Source: Ptychomitrium polyphyllum
Lineage: Eukaryota
DNA: 64,000 nucleotides
Direction: 5' to 3'
Assembly: GCA_973851085.1 (NCBI GenBank)
Contig: OZ316775.1
Location: 2,356,001-2,420,000 of the forward strand
The position numbers and the translations under genes were made by a program. Positions 37,073 through 51,980 of the stretch are shown in pieces. A model generated the notes under the pieces. It was given only the letters and a program-made list of their open reading frames with translations. It made no database searches and was not told the origin of the DNA. The first letter of the stretch is position 1. Every line of letters starts with the position of its first letter.

Positions 37073-40000
37073 CTGCTTTGTCTCAAAGTTCTGAAGTAGT
37101 ATCTGATAAATATTGATTGCAATCAGTGAGCATTTCCCAATATGTTCTCGGAATCTGGAGATGAAGTCTTGACATTCTGTCGGTGTTGCGAGTTTCGTGG
37201 TGAGTTCAATGGTTTGTGGAAGGCACTTTTCCCGTTTACCTGCAGTAAGGTCTTATACGTCCACAGTGATTACTTACACGAGAACAGGAGAAAGTGGTAT
37301 AATTCTTGGTACACCGCCACTTTATATTCAGAATGATCTGCCTCAGAACTTTTGTACGATGAGTGGGATAAGGAATACATCAAACTTGCTATTCTTGTCA
37401 CTGCTTGAGTGGCTACCTTTGCATGTTTTAGTGAGCAGTTGCACATCTGTATGTCAACAATAACAGTGCTATATATGTCACATCCCATTAACTTATCTAC
37501 TGACCTGATCTTGACATAGTATGTGACTATGTATCCATGTTTTACCTTTTACCTTCTATAAACCATGGTGTATCACAATTGAGTAACTGACTATATGTAG
37601 CTTTTTCAGAGTCTTAATTGGCTAATGCTTGTGAAGATGGAAAGAATGTGAAACCTTATTGGGATGCTTGGTATGATTGTGGTTGTACTTGTTTCAAACA
37701 TGTCGGCTTTTCTGGACTCAACCATTTTGGTAGTGACAGCTTATTAATTAATAATGTAGATTGTCAATTTGTTAAAGTTGCACCTTTCAAAAGCTTTGAA
37801 ATCTACAGCAGCTTTAGATTTTTGGTTATTGTTTTGCAACTTGGAAACAACTTGGAAACACGGGCCACTAAAAGCACTTGGACGTGACTGCAATGTGCCA
37901 TTTTAGTGAACACTACAATTGTCTCAACAACCACCAGTGCTGTTGCAAACAGAAAGCAAGTTTGTGGTGTAGCTTGGATAATGATATCCTCCTCAATAAT
38001 TGATCAGTTTGGCAAAATGCATCCATGTGCCCTAATTGATTGTAAAGTGTGAGCTCCACTTTGGCAGCAAGTTCAGTGACATACTGAAAGCAGAAGAATG
38101 ATTGCAGTGCATAGTACGTTGCCCAAGGTGAAGGGATGCTGCATGGTCCCACATGGAGTGGGGCTGGGGCCTACCAGTCTACTGATTGAATAATGGCAGG
38201 CGTTGCCAAAGGAGAATTATGCATGTGCCATATTAGTTGGCCTCACAGATAACCTTATTCCAGGCACTGTGAATACGATTTCAGAAGGTCAATACTTTAG
38301 AAAGTGAAAACAAGCTTGACCAAAGTGCAATCATTAGCTGTGCTCGCTCCTAAGTTCAAATGCACACAGCTTATTTTGTGGAGATGGTTCCAGACTGGTC
38401 TGCTTCTACTGGACTACTGAGTATACTTTAGGTGAGGTATGCAGATTGTGAACCAAGGGTGTCCCATGAATTGTGGAAACAGAAGGGGGGGTGAATACTG
38501 CATGCACACAAATCTAGACAAATCATGCATGTTATTGGGTTCTTAATATGCTTTATACTGATTGCATCTAGTACATAAGAATGTGAACTTGATGTTGAAG
38601 AGACGAGATTCATGCTTGGATTTAGTATATGGTATCCATCTTCAAATTTTTTGCATGATACCTTTGGGGAGATGATTCAAGAATCAAAGTTCTGTGAGCC
38701 TTCCTCAAAGAATGTATGCATGCAAAAACATAATTTAATTAGTGATGATCAATTGAAACAGAGTGTCATGATCTTTTGAGGCCTACTTATAAATGTCAAA
38801 ATATGTTGTTTATTTGCTCGTCTTTATTGTATGATGTTATGTGATTCATACCTTGTTTATTAATATAATTTAAAAAAATTTGTCAAACAAAGTTTGCATT
38901 TTTAACTACTTTAAAATTTTTAAGAAATATATCTAAATGACATTTTTTTACTATATTCGATTGTAGATAGAATAAATCAAAACCAGAATTATTTTTTCTT
39001 TATTTTAAGAGTATTCACATCTATCTTATAATAATGTTCTTTCATTTATAGAATGCATTGTAATTAAATTATTTTAATTTTTCATATTTTTAAAATACCA
39101 ATTTTTCTAAATACACAATATAAATCTTCTTGAAGAAGTTTTAAGAAACTACTTGAGAAATTCATATGTTTAGTTCTACAAAATCTTTTTAGAAATGAGA
39201 AATGGTTTTGAATCTTTTGTTAATATATCATTCAAATGCTTCCAAAGTACATCTCATTTATTGGTGTAATTAAATTATGTTTCAAATTGAACAAAGCCAT
39301 AGAGAGATCAATATACATTTATTGACTATGTAATTGTTTAAATCAATATTTAGAAGAGGTATACTCTTAAATTTGAGAGAAATTTGTTTTACTGACTCCA
39401 TCTTCTCTTTGTTAAGAGGCCCTCAGTTTTCCTTCCATGAACAAGAAGATTCATTTAGAGTCTAGTAATGTATGCCACTCAACTTTCTGGGTAATAATTC
39501 AGTGCAAGCTAGGCCAAGTCCAACATAAATAATACAAGGCAATCAAGGACTGAAGACATCCAAGTGTGCAGTGTCCATCTCAGATTAGGTTTCTACAGTG
39601 ATCAATTATTGAGAAGCTTACCATCGTATAGCTAAAATACCAATAGCATGCACTGTATTTTGTTCATTTACTGGCACTTAATCATTCTGCTCCATACTTC
39701 CCAAGTCACTATGTTAGTCATATTATCTAGCTAAAATTTGGGCTATTTTGTGACAATTAAGTGTAGTATGAAGCTAAAATCCCCTTAGAAAAAAGGGACT
39801 TTGGAACTAATTTTCTCTTTCTTTTCCTTTGTTGTAATCACCTTAGTCCAAAATTATTGCAGCGTTTTGGCTACAGATAGCACAACACAATTTCACTAAC
39901 ACCATATTCCGTCTTCCAACTCTAAAACCAACACAATCTGCCAATTAACATGATGTTATTGCCACTTTGTACTCGATTATGTGGGGATCCATAATAGAAA

Positions 40001-43000
40001 AAGTACAAAAAAACAACCAGATCATCAATCATCCCTAGCTAAAAGGGTCACGGTAATTATCCTTTGCAAGTGTTGCAAAACCTTGACAGTGGGCTGAGTT
40101 ATAGGAAGTTGTGATTTTGGAATTAACAATTCTCCATTAGGCCATAGAAGAGGGAGATTATATGTATGAACGTGAACAACCGTAAGTGGAAGAAGCAGAA
40201 CACCAAATGAGCCATAATATCATGGAACAACTTCTTTACTGAAGAAATGACAATTAGGGAATTTCCTTGTACAGTTGTTGAGGAGGCTTTGAGTCCACGG
40301 AAAAAGGGCCGCACAGATTCAATTTTGAAGGGAGTTAGCAGGAAATCAAATATACCTCATGTGCACAGTCCATCTTTTGTTGATTTGCCTTTTGTGCAAG
40401 GAAATATCTTCCAAAACAACATCTAATTGTAGAGGTCTTCCATGTCTCTTATCATCATTTATATTCAAGTGAATTCAAATTCATGGTTGTATCTTTAATT
40501 TTTGGGAAATCACTAAATTCTTCAATTAAACCTTTAGAAATAAAACAATGAAATCCTTCTAATTGGATATTTCTGAAATCAAGGAGTACAAAAAATTTCG
40601 CCCATGAGTTCTCATATTAAATGTACTTGATTTTGTTAAATTAGTTATTGAAGTGCAGCTTTAGCTTATACTTAATGTGTGTGTGTGTGCGGAATCATAT
40701 GTCCTATGTATAATTATGTGGTTTGAATATTTGGCAAGTTTTGGAATCATTATGAGATGAAGGATCTATTTGAAAAGCATAGATAAAATTCCACACCTTG
40801 TTTTGCTTATATATTGAATTATATAAAAAACAATAAATTGTGAGCCTATAAAGTTGTGGAGAATCAATTAAGAAGGCATTTAACAATAGGAAGCAAAGAA
40901 AGACCTCCACAACAATCTCCATTTTTATTTAGATGAAAAATTCTTTGATGATGACAAATAAGAATGGATACTACTATAATTTTTTAAGCAACCAATGTCA
41001 AGGCACAAAAACTTTCAAAGAAAGTTAAATAGAAAAAGGTGCAAGTTAAGTTATTTGCAAAGATAAAGAGTTATTTAATTATTTTTGATGCTCCATCTAG
41101 AGGGTGCATGCCAACTTATTTGGAAAGGCCTATCCTAGAATATAGATTGGTAATATGAAGGTATACTTGAAAAGGCACTTGTCTGCAATAATTAAAGATT
41201 TAATCAAAACTTGCCTTAAAAAAAACTATTTCCTATTCAGATTCTTGTTATCTACAAATATGAGGTTTTAAAGTTGCCTAAATAAATCAACAAATCACAA
41301 GAGAAAATATAATAATATCAGATGTCATGTGCATTATAACAAAAAAAAGATAGGAAATTAGCTATGGCAAAATCACCTAAAGCAAAATCACCTAAAGTTA
41401 CCATGAGCATAAGGATGTGGAGAAATAGAAACACTAAGAATTTCTACCATTACAAAGAATACGATAATTTGAACTTGAATGATTTATTGGTGGATGGCAA
41501 CCCTTATTATTTGGCCATAATTACAAAGTAACAGCTATAGGTGATGTTTTGGCGTAGGCACAAAAGCGTTGTATTTATCAATGTCACATTTTGTCACCAA
41601 TGAAAAGGTATACTCCCTTATGTTTTACATATGCTTAGAATAAGTCTTTAATCCTCTATGTCATACTTATTGAATTTTTCTTCACTAACTTGTCTTACAA
41701 TCTATAATAATATCCACAATATATTATAATGATGTTCAATGGATGAAAGCAAGGCATTCCAATAACATTCACCATTGTTAGAAGATCTTAGAAACTTAAA
41801 AAATTTAAGGTTTGTACTTGGAGGTGCAATAGAATTGAATGTCAAATACAATTATTGTCAAGAATGTCTAGGTACAACTCTATACTATAATATGTGTCTT
41901 CCATCACTCTTCTTGCATTCATTAGAGGAAGCATTTGATATGGTATATTATATTAGAGGGCAATTTTAGTTTTCTTTATTTGTTCCACTTTGCATTATTT
42001 TGCAACATGTGGTTTTAAATAAACATTTCTTTTTTTTAATTTGAAAACCTTATTAAGCATTTTAAAATTGACAATACTATGAAAAAATCTATGGAATCAA
42101 CATAAAACAAAAAAGGATTGAAGAAAGTCAATTATATGAAAAGAAAAAGATTTTTTTTTTGAGAAATAAACAAATTTCTAAACATGGTTAAAATTTTCAA
42201 AATTGATATAAAAACATCCAAGATATTTTGAAAGTATTTTTAAACCTTCCAAAAACTTCTTTAGCCTAAATTTTGTATTAAACATTGATATTTTTAAATG
42301 CATAAGAAATTATAGTGCATTAAATGCATTACAACAATGCATTAGTTTTTCACAAAACCTTTCAGATTTGTGGTATATAAAAATGAATTGCTTGGACATA
42401 TAAAAAGCCTTATGCTTATTTCAAAACTTAAAAAATTCACTTAAAATTTGATTACTATTCTTTAGTAAAATTTTGCAAAGTTGGAAATTATCAAAGTAAT
42501 TTGCAATATGAAATGTATTACCAGAGGATTAGGATTACCTAAGCGTCTATAGATTCATGTTTGACTTCATAATCTTATTATCTATGTGCAAGAAAAATTG
42601 ACCAATATATAAAATTGTCTTATGTTTATGGCACATCTACAAGATCTTACATGAAACTGCAACTTCAAAGATCAAAGCAAATCACTTGCATGTCATATTT
42701 TCATATAATGCATTGATTTGATGTATAGATATGAATTTTAATAGAAAGAAGCAATTATAAAGGCTATTAAGAACAAATTAGCAGATACACCTATATTTGT
42801 TGCATCAATTGATAATGTCTTCAATAACTACTATTACATTGTTCAATATAAGCTTTAAAATCTTATAAAAACCAAAAATTATATATATACACATACATGT
42901 TTATTGCTAAAGATTGTCTTGAAGGCAAGAAGAATTGAAAATGAAGATTTCATGATATGTGATGATGATAATGTAGCATTTATAAGGTCTTGAATAAATT

Positions 43001-46000
43001 TCTTAAAGATATAGATAATTTGTAATTACAATATTCATTGGTCTCAATGTAATTACTTTCTTAACATATGTGAAAATGTTTGTGAACATGTTTTGAATGT
43101 ATCCAAGACAATCATTAGGAATGACCAAAATGTTGTTATTATCATCAATGCTAGGACATTGAAAGGAAATGTTGCAAGAAGTACAATATTGGAAATATGG
43201 ACATCTTTGGAATTAGAAAGTCTGAATCAAGATGGAAATTTAGAAACACAATCATAAATGACAGGCTCTAAAATAGCAATAAAAGAAATAGCCCCTAAAT
43301 TTTTTTAATAAGTGTGTGAACAAACACAAATTGAAGTGAAGTCTCTAACTATAGAAAACTCATCATCATGTCTACGTATTTTTCCAACTTCACTATGGCT
43401 TAGGAAAAAATCTCAAATACAAAGGTTGGATTAAATTTAAGATTTGTTGTACTTTAATATACAACCTTTTTTTGAAATTCAAACAAGAAGTAAGACCTTG
43501 CATAAGTTTAGAAGTAGATTAAAAATAGGCTAAATGATAGAATGAGCACTTATAAAAGGTAAAAAGAAACTTATGCAATTTATATTGTATAGTGTCTTTT
43601 ATATAAAAAATGCAAGAATACATTGTTTTTATCCATGTCCTTCTTATTAGCCTAATTGTATTAAAATTTTCATTTTAGTTTATCAAAGAATTAAGTTCGT
43701 ATTTTTCTATCACTCTTGTATAATTTTTTTTGATCTTTTCATATTGTTTCATGATTAATTAATTTTTTTAATAAACTATAATTGAAATATTTCATTCTTG
43801 ATGAATTTTTTCAATTTTTTTATATTTTATATTTTATTTTAATCAATCAATCTTCATTATCAAGTTTTTAATGATGTTTTTCTAAAATCAAGACATAGAC
43901 CTTTGTTTTTTTAGCTAGACAAAATGGCCCAATGCACAAAATTATGTCCAAATGAACTCAATGCCAGCATAAGCAAAATGTCTTAAAAAATTATGTCCAA
44001 ATGAAGGACATGATTACCAAATATTATGGCACAATCGGTCTACATCACATGGCAAAGAAAAGAAGTGCTTACTACATGCATAGAGCCCCATTCCCTTGCC
44101 CTATGTGCCTAATATTAGTGACTCAAAGTTCCACCACCAAAGCATTAGAAATAATAAAATACTAGCAAAATTGCCAAGGTCCTCTCTCTTATTTAAAGGA
44201 GATTAACTATGTAGTAAGAGACAATAAGCCAAAATATTATGTACTTGAGTACAAAAGAAGTCAATAAAACATGGTTGAAAGTAGGTTCTAAGATATTATA
44301 TGTCTGAGCACACTGCAATCACATCATCTTTGACAACTCTGCCCTGACCAATTGCAGTGGAATTCAACCTCATTTGTTTTTAAAAATGGTTTCAAATTGA
44401 TATTACATAGATGGATAAATAAACTTGTAAGGACTTCTTAGTGGCAAGATTCTGCAGACTGAACTGGCTGTATGTCTTTTCTTTCTGTAAATCAAGAATG
44501 CAATTAAATTAGTGTAGTCTTGGAACAGTTTGGACCTGACTTTCAGTCTTTAATATATATCAGCACAGATGGCGGAAAGGTACGGTTCTCTTTCCTTCTT
44601 TTTTTAATTGTTGGTTTTTAATTGTAATTGTACTGTTCCCTGTTTACTTATTGTTTAGTAACTCTCTGTCATTTCAAATGAGAGTATGTATCCTCCATTT
44701 ATTTAAGGCAATCATGCACAAATTATAGATGAACCTGCACAACCCATGTATCCATGGAACAGGAGACTGGATACTGTCATCGAGTGATCGTAATCAGTTT
44801 TCATGCAAGGGTGCATAGTGCTGAGAGTATCAGTAAATTAATGCACCACACCCCTTATATCACATATTACATGCATGTCATGATACAAGTTATTCATATG
44901 AGGAAATCCATCCCTATCCAACAGACTTCCAAAGCTATACACTTCCGAAGCTATTACTTCATACTTAAATCAGGGGATTGAGATTATGCCACCTTGCCAT
45001 GATGCAGCCACCTGTCCTTCTCACTTGTTATACTAATTTAATAATGTGACTTCTGCAGCATAGTCTAGTGTGTAGACATGTCATTGTCTCAGTCCAGTGT
45101 CATGTCTAACGTAACTTATCATTGCATTGTTCCTTCAGAAAACATTCATAGTAGTGAGTCCATAATCCTGAATATTCTAATAGTCAGATGGAGTCTTTTA
45201 CACATCAAGTGCCACTGGTTGCACAGGGGTTGGTGCTAAACTGCTTATATGGGCTCGCACAGTGATGGGGGTTTAGCAACTTTGTTGTCTTTGTATGTGT
45301 TTTGTTTTAAGTTACTGTGGTGACAGATTCATTACTTTTCTGACAAAATTGTATTTTCACATAGTCTCATATCAAGTTGACATGGGGCATTTATTCTATT
45401 AACATAATTATTTAGTGACAAACCTACTCCTATGTAACTACAAATAATTTTGTTGAAATTGGAGTAAAATAAATAAAATCTATTTAATTGGTAGCTCTAT
45501 TGAAGACGAGACATTCTTAAACTATTTATTGGTTGTGTATTAACAAGTACACATATACTTTGAAATTATATCTTAAATTGGGTACATTGTTGAAAGCTTG
45601 TAAAAATTTGACTTTTATTAAATCTAAAATTTTTATAAAATTTTAGATAACCATATTCATAGAAAAATGCCTTCATTTCAATAAAATTATGGTTTTAACT
45701 TTATACATCATTGTTATTAACCAAACTACATTTTTTTATTTTTTTTCTACTATTTGCATTTTTAAGAACATGATTTTTTGGTTCAACAATGATTTGTAGT
45801 TGATAAAATTTCCCTTGCAATCTCTACAATTTAAATGAAATTTTTAAAAAACAGGAAAAACAATCTATGTAATTGACATTGTAGAAGCTAAATTCAAAAG
45901 AAAAGGTGGATCTGCCACATGTGAATATAAAATCAAAGTCCATGCTTGATGTTTTTCCAACTTTTCCAATTAAAATATAATTTCTTTCATTTTAAATGCA

Positions 46001-49000
46001 TTACTATTTATCCAATTCCACTAATATACATCTCAATGCTGAAACTTTTATGTAAGGTTTTTATTATTATGAACTATGAGGTCCTTATGTTTTGGTTTTG
46101 TATTTCATGATTTCTTCTGAACTAATGTTGATAATTTATCTGTTAATAATTGTACTAAACAAATACAGCCGTTGATTCTGCTAAAAATTTGCACACTGTA
46201 CACAGGACTCACTAGAAATAATTGCCACCTCTCCACTCACTAAATAATATTCGCTGACACAGTCCTTCAATCTAAGAATAACCGCCAGGGGAAGCCAGAT
46301 GACTGATGAGACTCCTCAAGACGATTGTTTGTGATACATGCAATACATAGATATGGCAGCCTTTAAGGAAAGGAAGTGTCCTATCTTGCTTGCAACACTA
46401 TGGCTGCTCATTAACTGCTTCATGAGTTCATGACAACTCTCACAGCTATAGAGAATAGAAAAGAAGGGTCCATTATAATAGAGTTTTTTTTGTTAAGTAT
46501 GAATGTGTTTAGGACTCATTTTTTAAGAGAAAAGTGTTTCATTTTATGTTATTTCAAAATCTATAAGTCATGAAAACTCATCTCAAATTCCAAAACATAC
46601 TAAAAGAGCAAGTGGATTACATATATATTCACTATTCATGTCAAATATACAAACATATTCTAAAAGCTCCTTGAAAATGAGTTTCTAAACTTTTTAAATT
46701 TTTTCTTTCCTATTTTATATTTGTATCTTATTCACCTTGTCTTTTTGGAAATTTGCATGTGCCTTGAAATGAGTTGTTTCAAAACACATTTTGAGGACTT
46801 AATTGTGGTCATATTGAATCTGGAGCTGCACTAATTTTTTGGGGTAATTGCAGCTACTAAAGCTGGTAGACAAAGATAAATATATTTTATTTCAATGATA
46901 AAAATAAATAAATCATCATGTTCATGAGCTGTCCTACCTCTGAAATTTGAAAATTCTAATGGAAGTGGCCATCTAACATGTGAAAAGTTGAAAACAATCC
47001 AGTTTAGTCCATGCTAATTGAGAGTTGAGGCTTTCCTAAACATGTCTCTCTGAAGAGTGAGAGTCATGCAATACAGTAAGAGAATTACAATGAAAGTACA
47101 TATTAAGAACAGCTTTTCCAGACGAAAAGGCAAGCCAATGATATCTTTCTGCCAATTATAGCATTGCCAACTCGCTGTCCTTCTCTGGAGTATTTTACTA
47201 TTAACAAATTGTTCTAAATAGGGACATATTCATCATATATGGGAAAGCTCATACATTCCATCCAGGTAATTTTTATCAACAAATTCAGACATGGGAAATC
47301 CTCTTGATTAAATGGGTGACATTTTTGGGTTTAGAACTGTTGCTTGATTTCTTATTTGATTGTTCTCTTTAGAGATGGTGCATTCAGTCTAGCCATCTGA
47401 CAGCAGGTGAGGTAACCTAAAAGAATAGTTTGAAGGATAAAGTAACTGTTTAACTTGAATAGCTCGATACGAAGTAAAATATTTACTTAGCTTTGAATGC
47501 GGTGTGCTACATGGATCCTTGAAGGACTTGCAATTGCGTAAGACAAGCATGTAACTGAAGACAAGACTTTAGAGAGCATTTTTACTCATACATTAAAAAT
47601 TTGATGATACTCTTCCCACTCTATGGCATACTTGAAAGGAATGTAATTTTTATCATTCAAAATCGAAATCTAGAAATTTTCAATGTGCTTCCACTAGGGG
47701 TATTGTCAAGTACTGATTCCATATGGATATAAAGGTTTTTTTTTTCAATTTAGTGTGTGCATTGGATATTATCTTCCAGTATATGACTTCCATATTGCAT
47801 AACCTGTGACCTCATGCTCGAGTGCACTAGGTTAATAATAGAAACATACAGTTCAATGTACATTTATGCTGGCCAAGTCAGCACATTTGCAATCAGCCAA
47901 TTGAGTTTAGGTCTGTGCACATGAACCTCTGATCCAGGGGCACCCACTAGACTGATAGAATGGCAAAGCTGACAAGAGCCTCTGGTAGAATCCCTGAGTA
48001 ACACATGAGCTTCAGAGATCAGGATACACAAGTTAGACTAACAGATATCTTTATATCAGTAACTTGTGACAGATATCCATTCAGAGCTCAGAGCGACGTT
48101 GGTAAGGCAGGAAAGATGAACCCTCTATTACCCTTTTGATTAGTGGCCCTGCAAGTTTAGATAAGAGATGCATTGGGCCAGACTCCAGACCCCAGACTTC
48201 AGAGCATGTTGTGCTAGTAATCCCCCAATCTAAGTGGGGTTAGATCCAGTGTACAATTTACTGGTTTTGATAGAATATCGTCAGCTCGCCTTACGTGCTT
48301 TAACCTCTGATGAGAGAATTAATTCCCTGCGCGATCATCATTGGAATCTGCAGAGTGATAACCTAGGCTAGCAGCTCACGTTGCAGTATAGACAGTGATA
48401 TCAGGGTGGGATACCACGTTATAGGTTCCATGGGCCCTACCAAATGATCAACCTAAGCACTAGCCGTGTTTCATGATCTCCAAACGAACTTAAGTTCGTG
48501 AGTCCACCTGCTGGCTTGAAGTGACAGAAGATTAACTACAGGGCTGCCACTTGAGGATTGGCTTGAGTCTGTACACAACGAACATTGAGCTCAACCCTCA
48601 CGCCCACTAACAGCAAGTACAGTGCCATCCAAGACAGGAGTACAAGGGACATCCACCACGTAGCCCTTCGTCAAACGTGTTGAAGTTGTCCCTCCTGAAA
48701 GCAGGAGAAATGAATACCACCGAAGATCCCACAGAATCCAGAATAGCACTATCAAGTGAGTGAGATGACGGCACAATAAGAGAGGAGAATATTCTACCCG
48801 GAGCGTGTGGCCTTAAATCAGCAAAGAGCAACTATATCATGGCAGTACTATTCCCTCTAAACTTAAGCAACTTCAGATCACACAGAAGCTAAGAGGTTCA
48901 ATGCTAAGATCATGACAAGGGAGAAGTGATAATTACAATATTCACATAGCAGTGAGGTCTAGCTGGACGAAAGGAAAATTCTCACTACACTGTTCCCCCC

Positions 49001-50456
49001 GAAATCTCTGACGACCACGCTGGTGATGAATCCAGCACAACCTGCTAGAATTCTAAACCCTAACCTTGAATTTCAAATCAAAATTAGGTCAAACTGTAAA
49101 GCCAAGTTTCCCTAATGATTAGCTTTTGCATGACGAAAAGGAAGCCTCATGCAAGTTACAAAAGCAATACCATAGCAGAAGTGGAATGACCTAAAAAGTA
49201 CGATAAAAGTCTGAAACTGCCTCTACAAGCGGCTCAACAGACACAAATACGATACCAGCATAATATGGAACCCTAGAAGGCTAGAGGTGAAAAGAAATGG
49301 AGAGAAAAGAAGCTACACAAGATGCAATGTAAACACGCCAAGAATTGATTCTCTTCTTTATAACCATTGCCCAGCAAATGATGGGACACATTCAAGCTTT
49401 TGCCCAGTTTAAGAGTGTACACAGGAGAGATCTACAAAATTATACTGATGAGGTCCAAAGGAGGAAGAGAACCTCTACCAAACAGGACATAATAAACAGA
49501 CGAGAGGTGGCAAGCGAAAGAAATTGAAAACCAAGCGAACGTCCCTGAAGGGTGCGCACTGTTTTATAAGAAAAAAGAAGACTCTACACAATACACAGCG
49601 GGCCAAGCAGTAAGGAGGGAAGGCTCATACTGGAAGGGAGAAGTGCGCAAATCCCAGACCCCGGGAGAAGAGTGTTATTATGCCCCAACAACGCAAATGG
49701 CTGTGGTGGGCGTAGACAAAGAATGACCCCTACTTGACACTAGGAGAACAACCTGTTTCAACTATAGTTGTTTGGCTACCTTTTGGAACCTTTGGATCCG
49801 ATGAATTATGGTTATAAAAACACGGGTCCTGGGGTGTGAGTAGAAAGGGGCGGATGAGGAGGAAGTCCAGCCAAAGGGGAAATTTCGGACCAGAGCAAGA
49901 CCACCCATGCCGCCCCCGGAGCGCGATTGTTGCTATTGCAACAGCACCTTATTGGTTTTTCAGTTCCCTCTGATTGCACAGCACAAGCGGGACTTCGAGC
50001 GGCGTCGCTAGCTCCCTTCCCTAGTCAGATGGAACAAAATATCGTTGTACAGCAGCACCGTGCATACCACCCACACCTGGTCTCTGCCATAATGTTCTGC
50101 TTGTTTTCTTCTTGTCCGATAACGAAATAACCCATGTATGGCACGATGGCCTAGCTATTTGATACAAATGTTTCTCAATCTAAGAGAATGTAAGAGCAAA
50201 TTTAGTGCAGCAACAAACTGCTGCTGGCTGGCTGGCCGGCCACCCACCCACACCCCGCGACTGAGGTGCTAACTGCCAGTGATCCTCATCGTCAATCGTC
50301 TTCCCGAGTCCTCGCTCGCGCTTCGCAGCAAAACTTCGTCGCAGCCAGATGTACTCATTGAGCCAAACTCGGCAGCAGCAGCAGCATTATCACACAGCAG
50401 CAGGCTAACAGAGTCGAGCCAAATATTTTTTTTGGTTTTTGTCACAGGACCATGAA

Positions 50457-51980
50457 CTATTGTGAGCTCGTCGGATCGTCGCCGCTGTCGCCCTGCTGGT
50501 GCCCTGAGCCACCCATAGACTGATGGTCAGGGTGCAAGTTGCGGCTATAAGCATTCAAAGCGGCCAGCATCCCTAAGTGCCCCTCACCACCCAGGCCTAA
50601 CCCCGTGGCAGGCATCTGCTGCCCCCCTTGCTGCAACAACATAGACCCAAGCGGCATATGATGACCCATATGACTCCCCTGAAGCTCTAGCCCCATACCT
50701 CCCTGAATGTTAATCCGCGGCATAAGCGCCACCCCACTGGGCAGCACTGACGCCGTCAGCGGCACCATCGCCTGGCTGCCACTGCTGGAGGTCGGAGCAT
50801 TACCTTGGCCACTCCCGCCCCCGCCACCGCCCGGCCCTAGCTGAATTGACGTCCCCGCCGGCGCCGTCATCCGGTACGATCCACCGGCTGTGGGAAACGT
50901 CCATATCTGCTGCTCCGACGGACCCGGCATCACGGGCGTCGACCCACTCGCGCTTACTGGCAACATCCATATCGTCCCCGGCATGGCGCCGCTGCTCGAC
51001 ACACCCGCCACCGCCGGCGCCACGGCCCACATTGCCGCGGGCATCATGCTCGACGAACCCCCTTGCTGCCCCTGCTGCTGCTGACCGCCTTGCTGCATAG
51101 ATCCCCTCGCCGTCGCGCGTACGGGCCGCACCGGCTCCGGATCCTCCTTCATCCGGCTCTGCAGCGGCGCGCCTCGCGGCCGCTTCCGCAACCTGCTGTC
51201 CCCGGATTCCATCCCCTCACCCACCTCCGACGGGCCCCCGACCAAATCCTGGTGCTGGAACGCGCCCATCACGTCGTGCCCCATCCCTGGATCCCCATGA
51301 CCCAAACTCATGCGCCGACTAGCCTCCATGGCCCTCGTCGCCTCCATCACGCGCTCCTCGGCGCTCGCGCCCCATTCATTCCGCCCGCGCTGCGCTTGCT
51401 CCTGCATCCGCGCGCTTTGCATGTCTGCCTCCGTCGGTCCCCCAGGCCCTGCCAGCCCCAGGCTCCCATGCATTCCTGCTCGCCCCGCCGCCGCGACTGC
51501 CATGCTCGCGGAGCTTCGCATTGATCCCTGGATGGACGACGCTAGTGCCGGAACCGTCCCTGTCCCCGTTGCCGCAATTATCGACTGCTCGGATTGCTGC
51601 AGCAGCCACTCTATAGTCTCGCCATCGGATTTGTGCCCCAGTTCCCGAGTTAGCTGAAAGATTCGCGCTGCGCACGAAGCGGGCATGCGAATGCGGCGCC
51701 CCCGCCCATCTACTTTCGTGTGCCTGTCTTTTGTCGAAGTTCGCTTCGGAGGTTGTTTTTTCACCGCCGTTGCCGCCACTTGCTGCTGCTGCTGTTGAAC
51801 CTGTTGTTGCTGCTGCTCCCCGGAGCTCCCTGGCATGGTCATGCTGCCCATCCCCGCAACACCCCCACTGGATTGCCCCTCGCTCCCGCCGTATTCCTGT
51901 CCCATCCCTGCCATGGCGAGCGTGGTCGAGTCCACCTGCCCTGCTCCCCCTCCTATTCCCTGTCCTCCCATCGCCGCCAT
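50457..51980 (-). CDS. TCP: Class I (PCF-like) TCP transcription factor, intronless CDS, about 507 aa, Gly/Gln/Met-rich
   Basis: [62 protein letters not shown] is the class I TCP domain. First in-frame ATG is at 51980; the ORF track starts at a TTG. Confidence 0.96.
   Translation of the reverse strand: MAAMGGQGIGGGAGQVDSTTLAMAGMGQEYGGSEGQSSGGVAGMGSMTMPGSSGEQQQQQVQQQQQQVAATAVKKQPPKRTSTKDRHTKVDGRGRRIRMPASCAARIFQLTRELGHKSDGETIEWLLQQSEQSIIAATGTGTVPALASSIQGSMRSSASMAVAAAGRAGMHGSLGLAGPGGPTEADMQSARMQEQAQRGRNEWGASAEERVMEATRAMEASRRMSLGHGDPGMGHDVMGAFQHQDLVGGPSEVGEGMESGDSRLRKRPRGAPLQSRMKEDPEPVRPVRATARGSMQQGGQQQQGQQGGSSSMMPAAMWAVAPAVAGVSSSGAMPGTIWMLPVSASGSTPVMPGPSEQQIWTFPTAGGSYRMTAPAGTSIQLGPGGGGGGSGQGNAPTSSSGSQAMVPLTASVLPSGVALMPRINIQGGMGLELQGSHMGHHMPLGSMLLQQGGQQMPATGLGLGGEGHLGMLAALNAYSRNLHPDHQSMGGSGHQQGDSGDDPTSSQ

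Noticed and set aside
41367..41397. 15-bp direct duplication gcaaaatcacctaaa
   Set aside because: Simple local slippage with no associated structure
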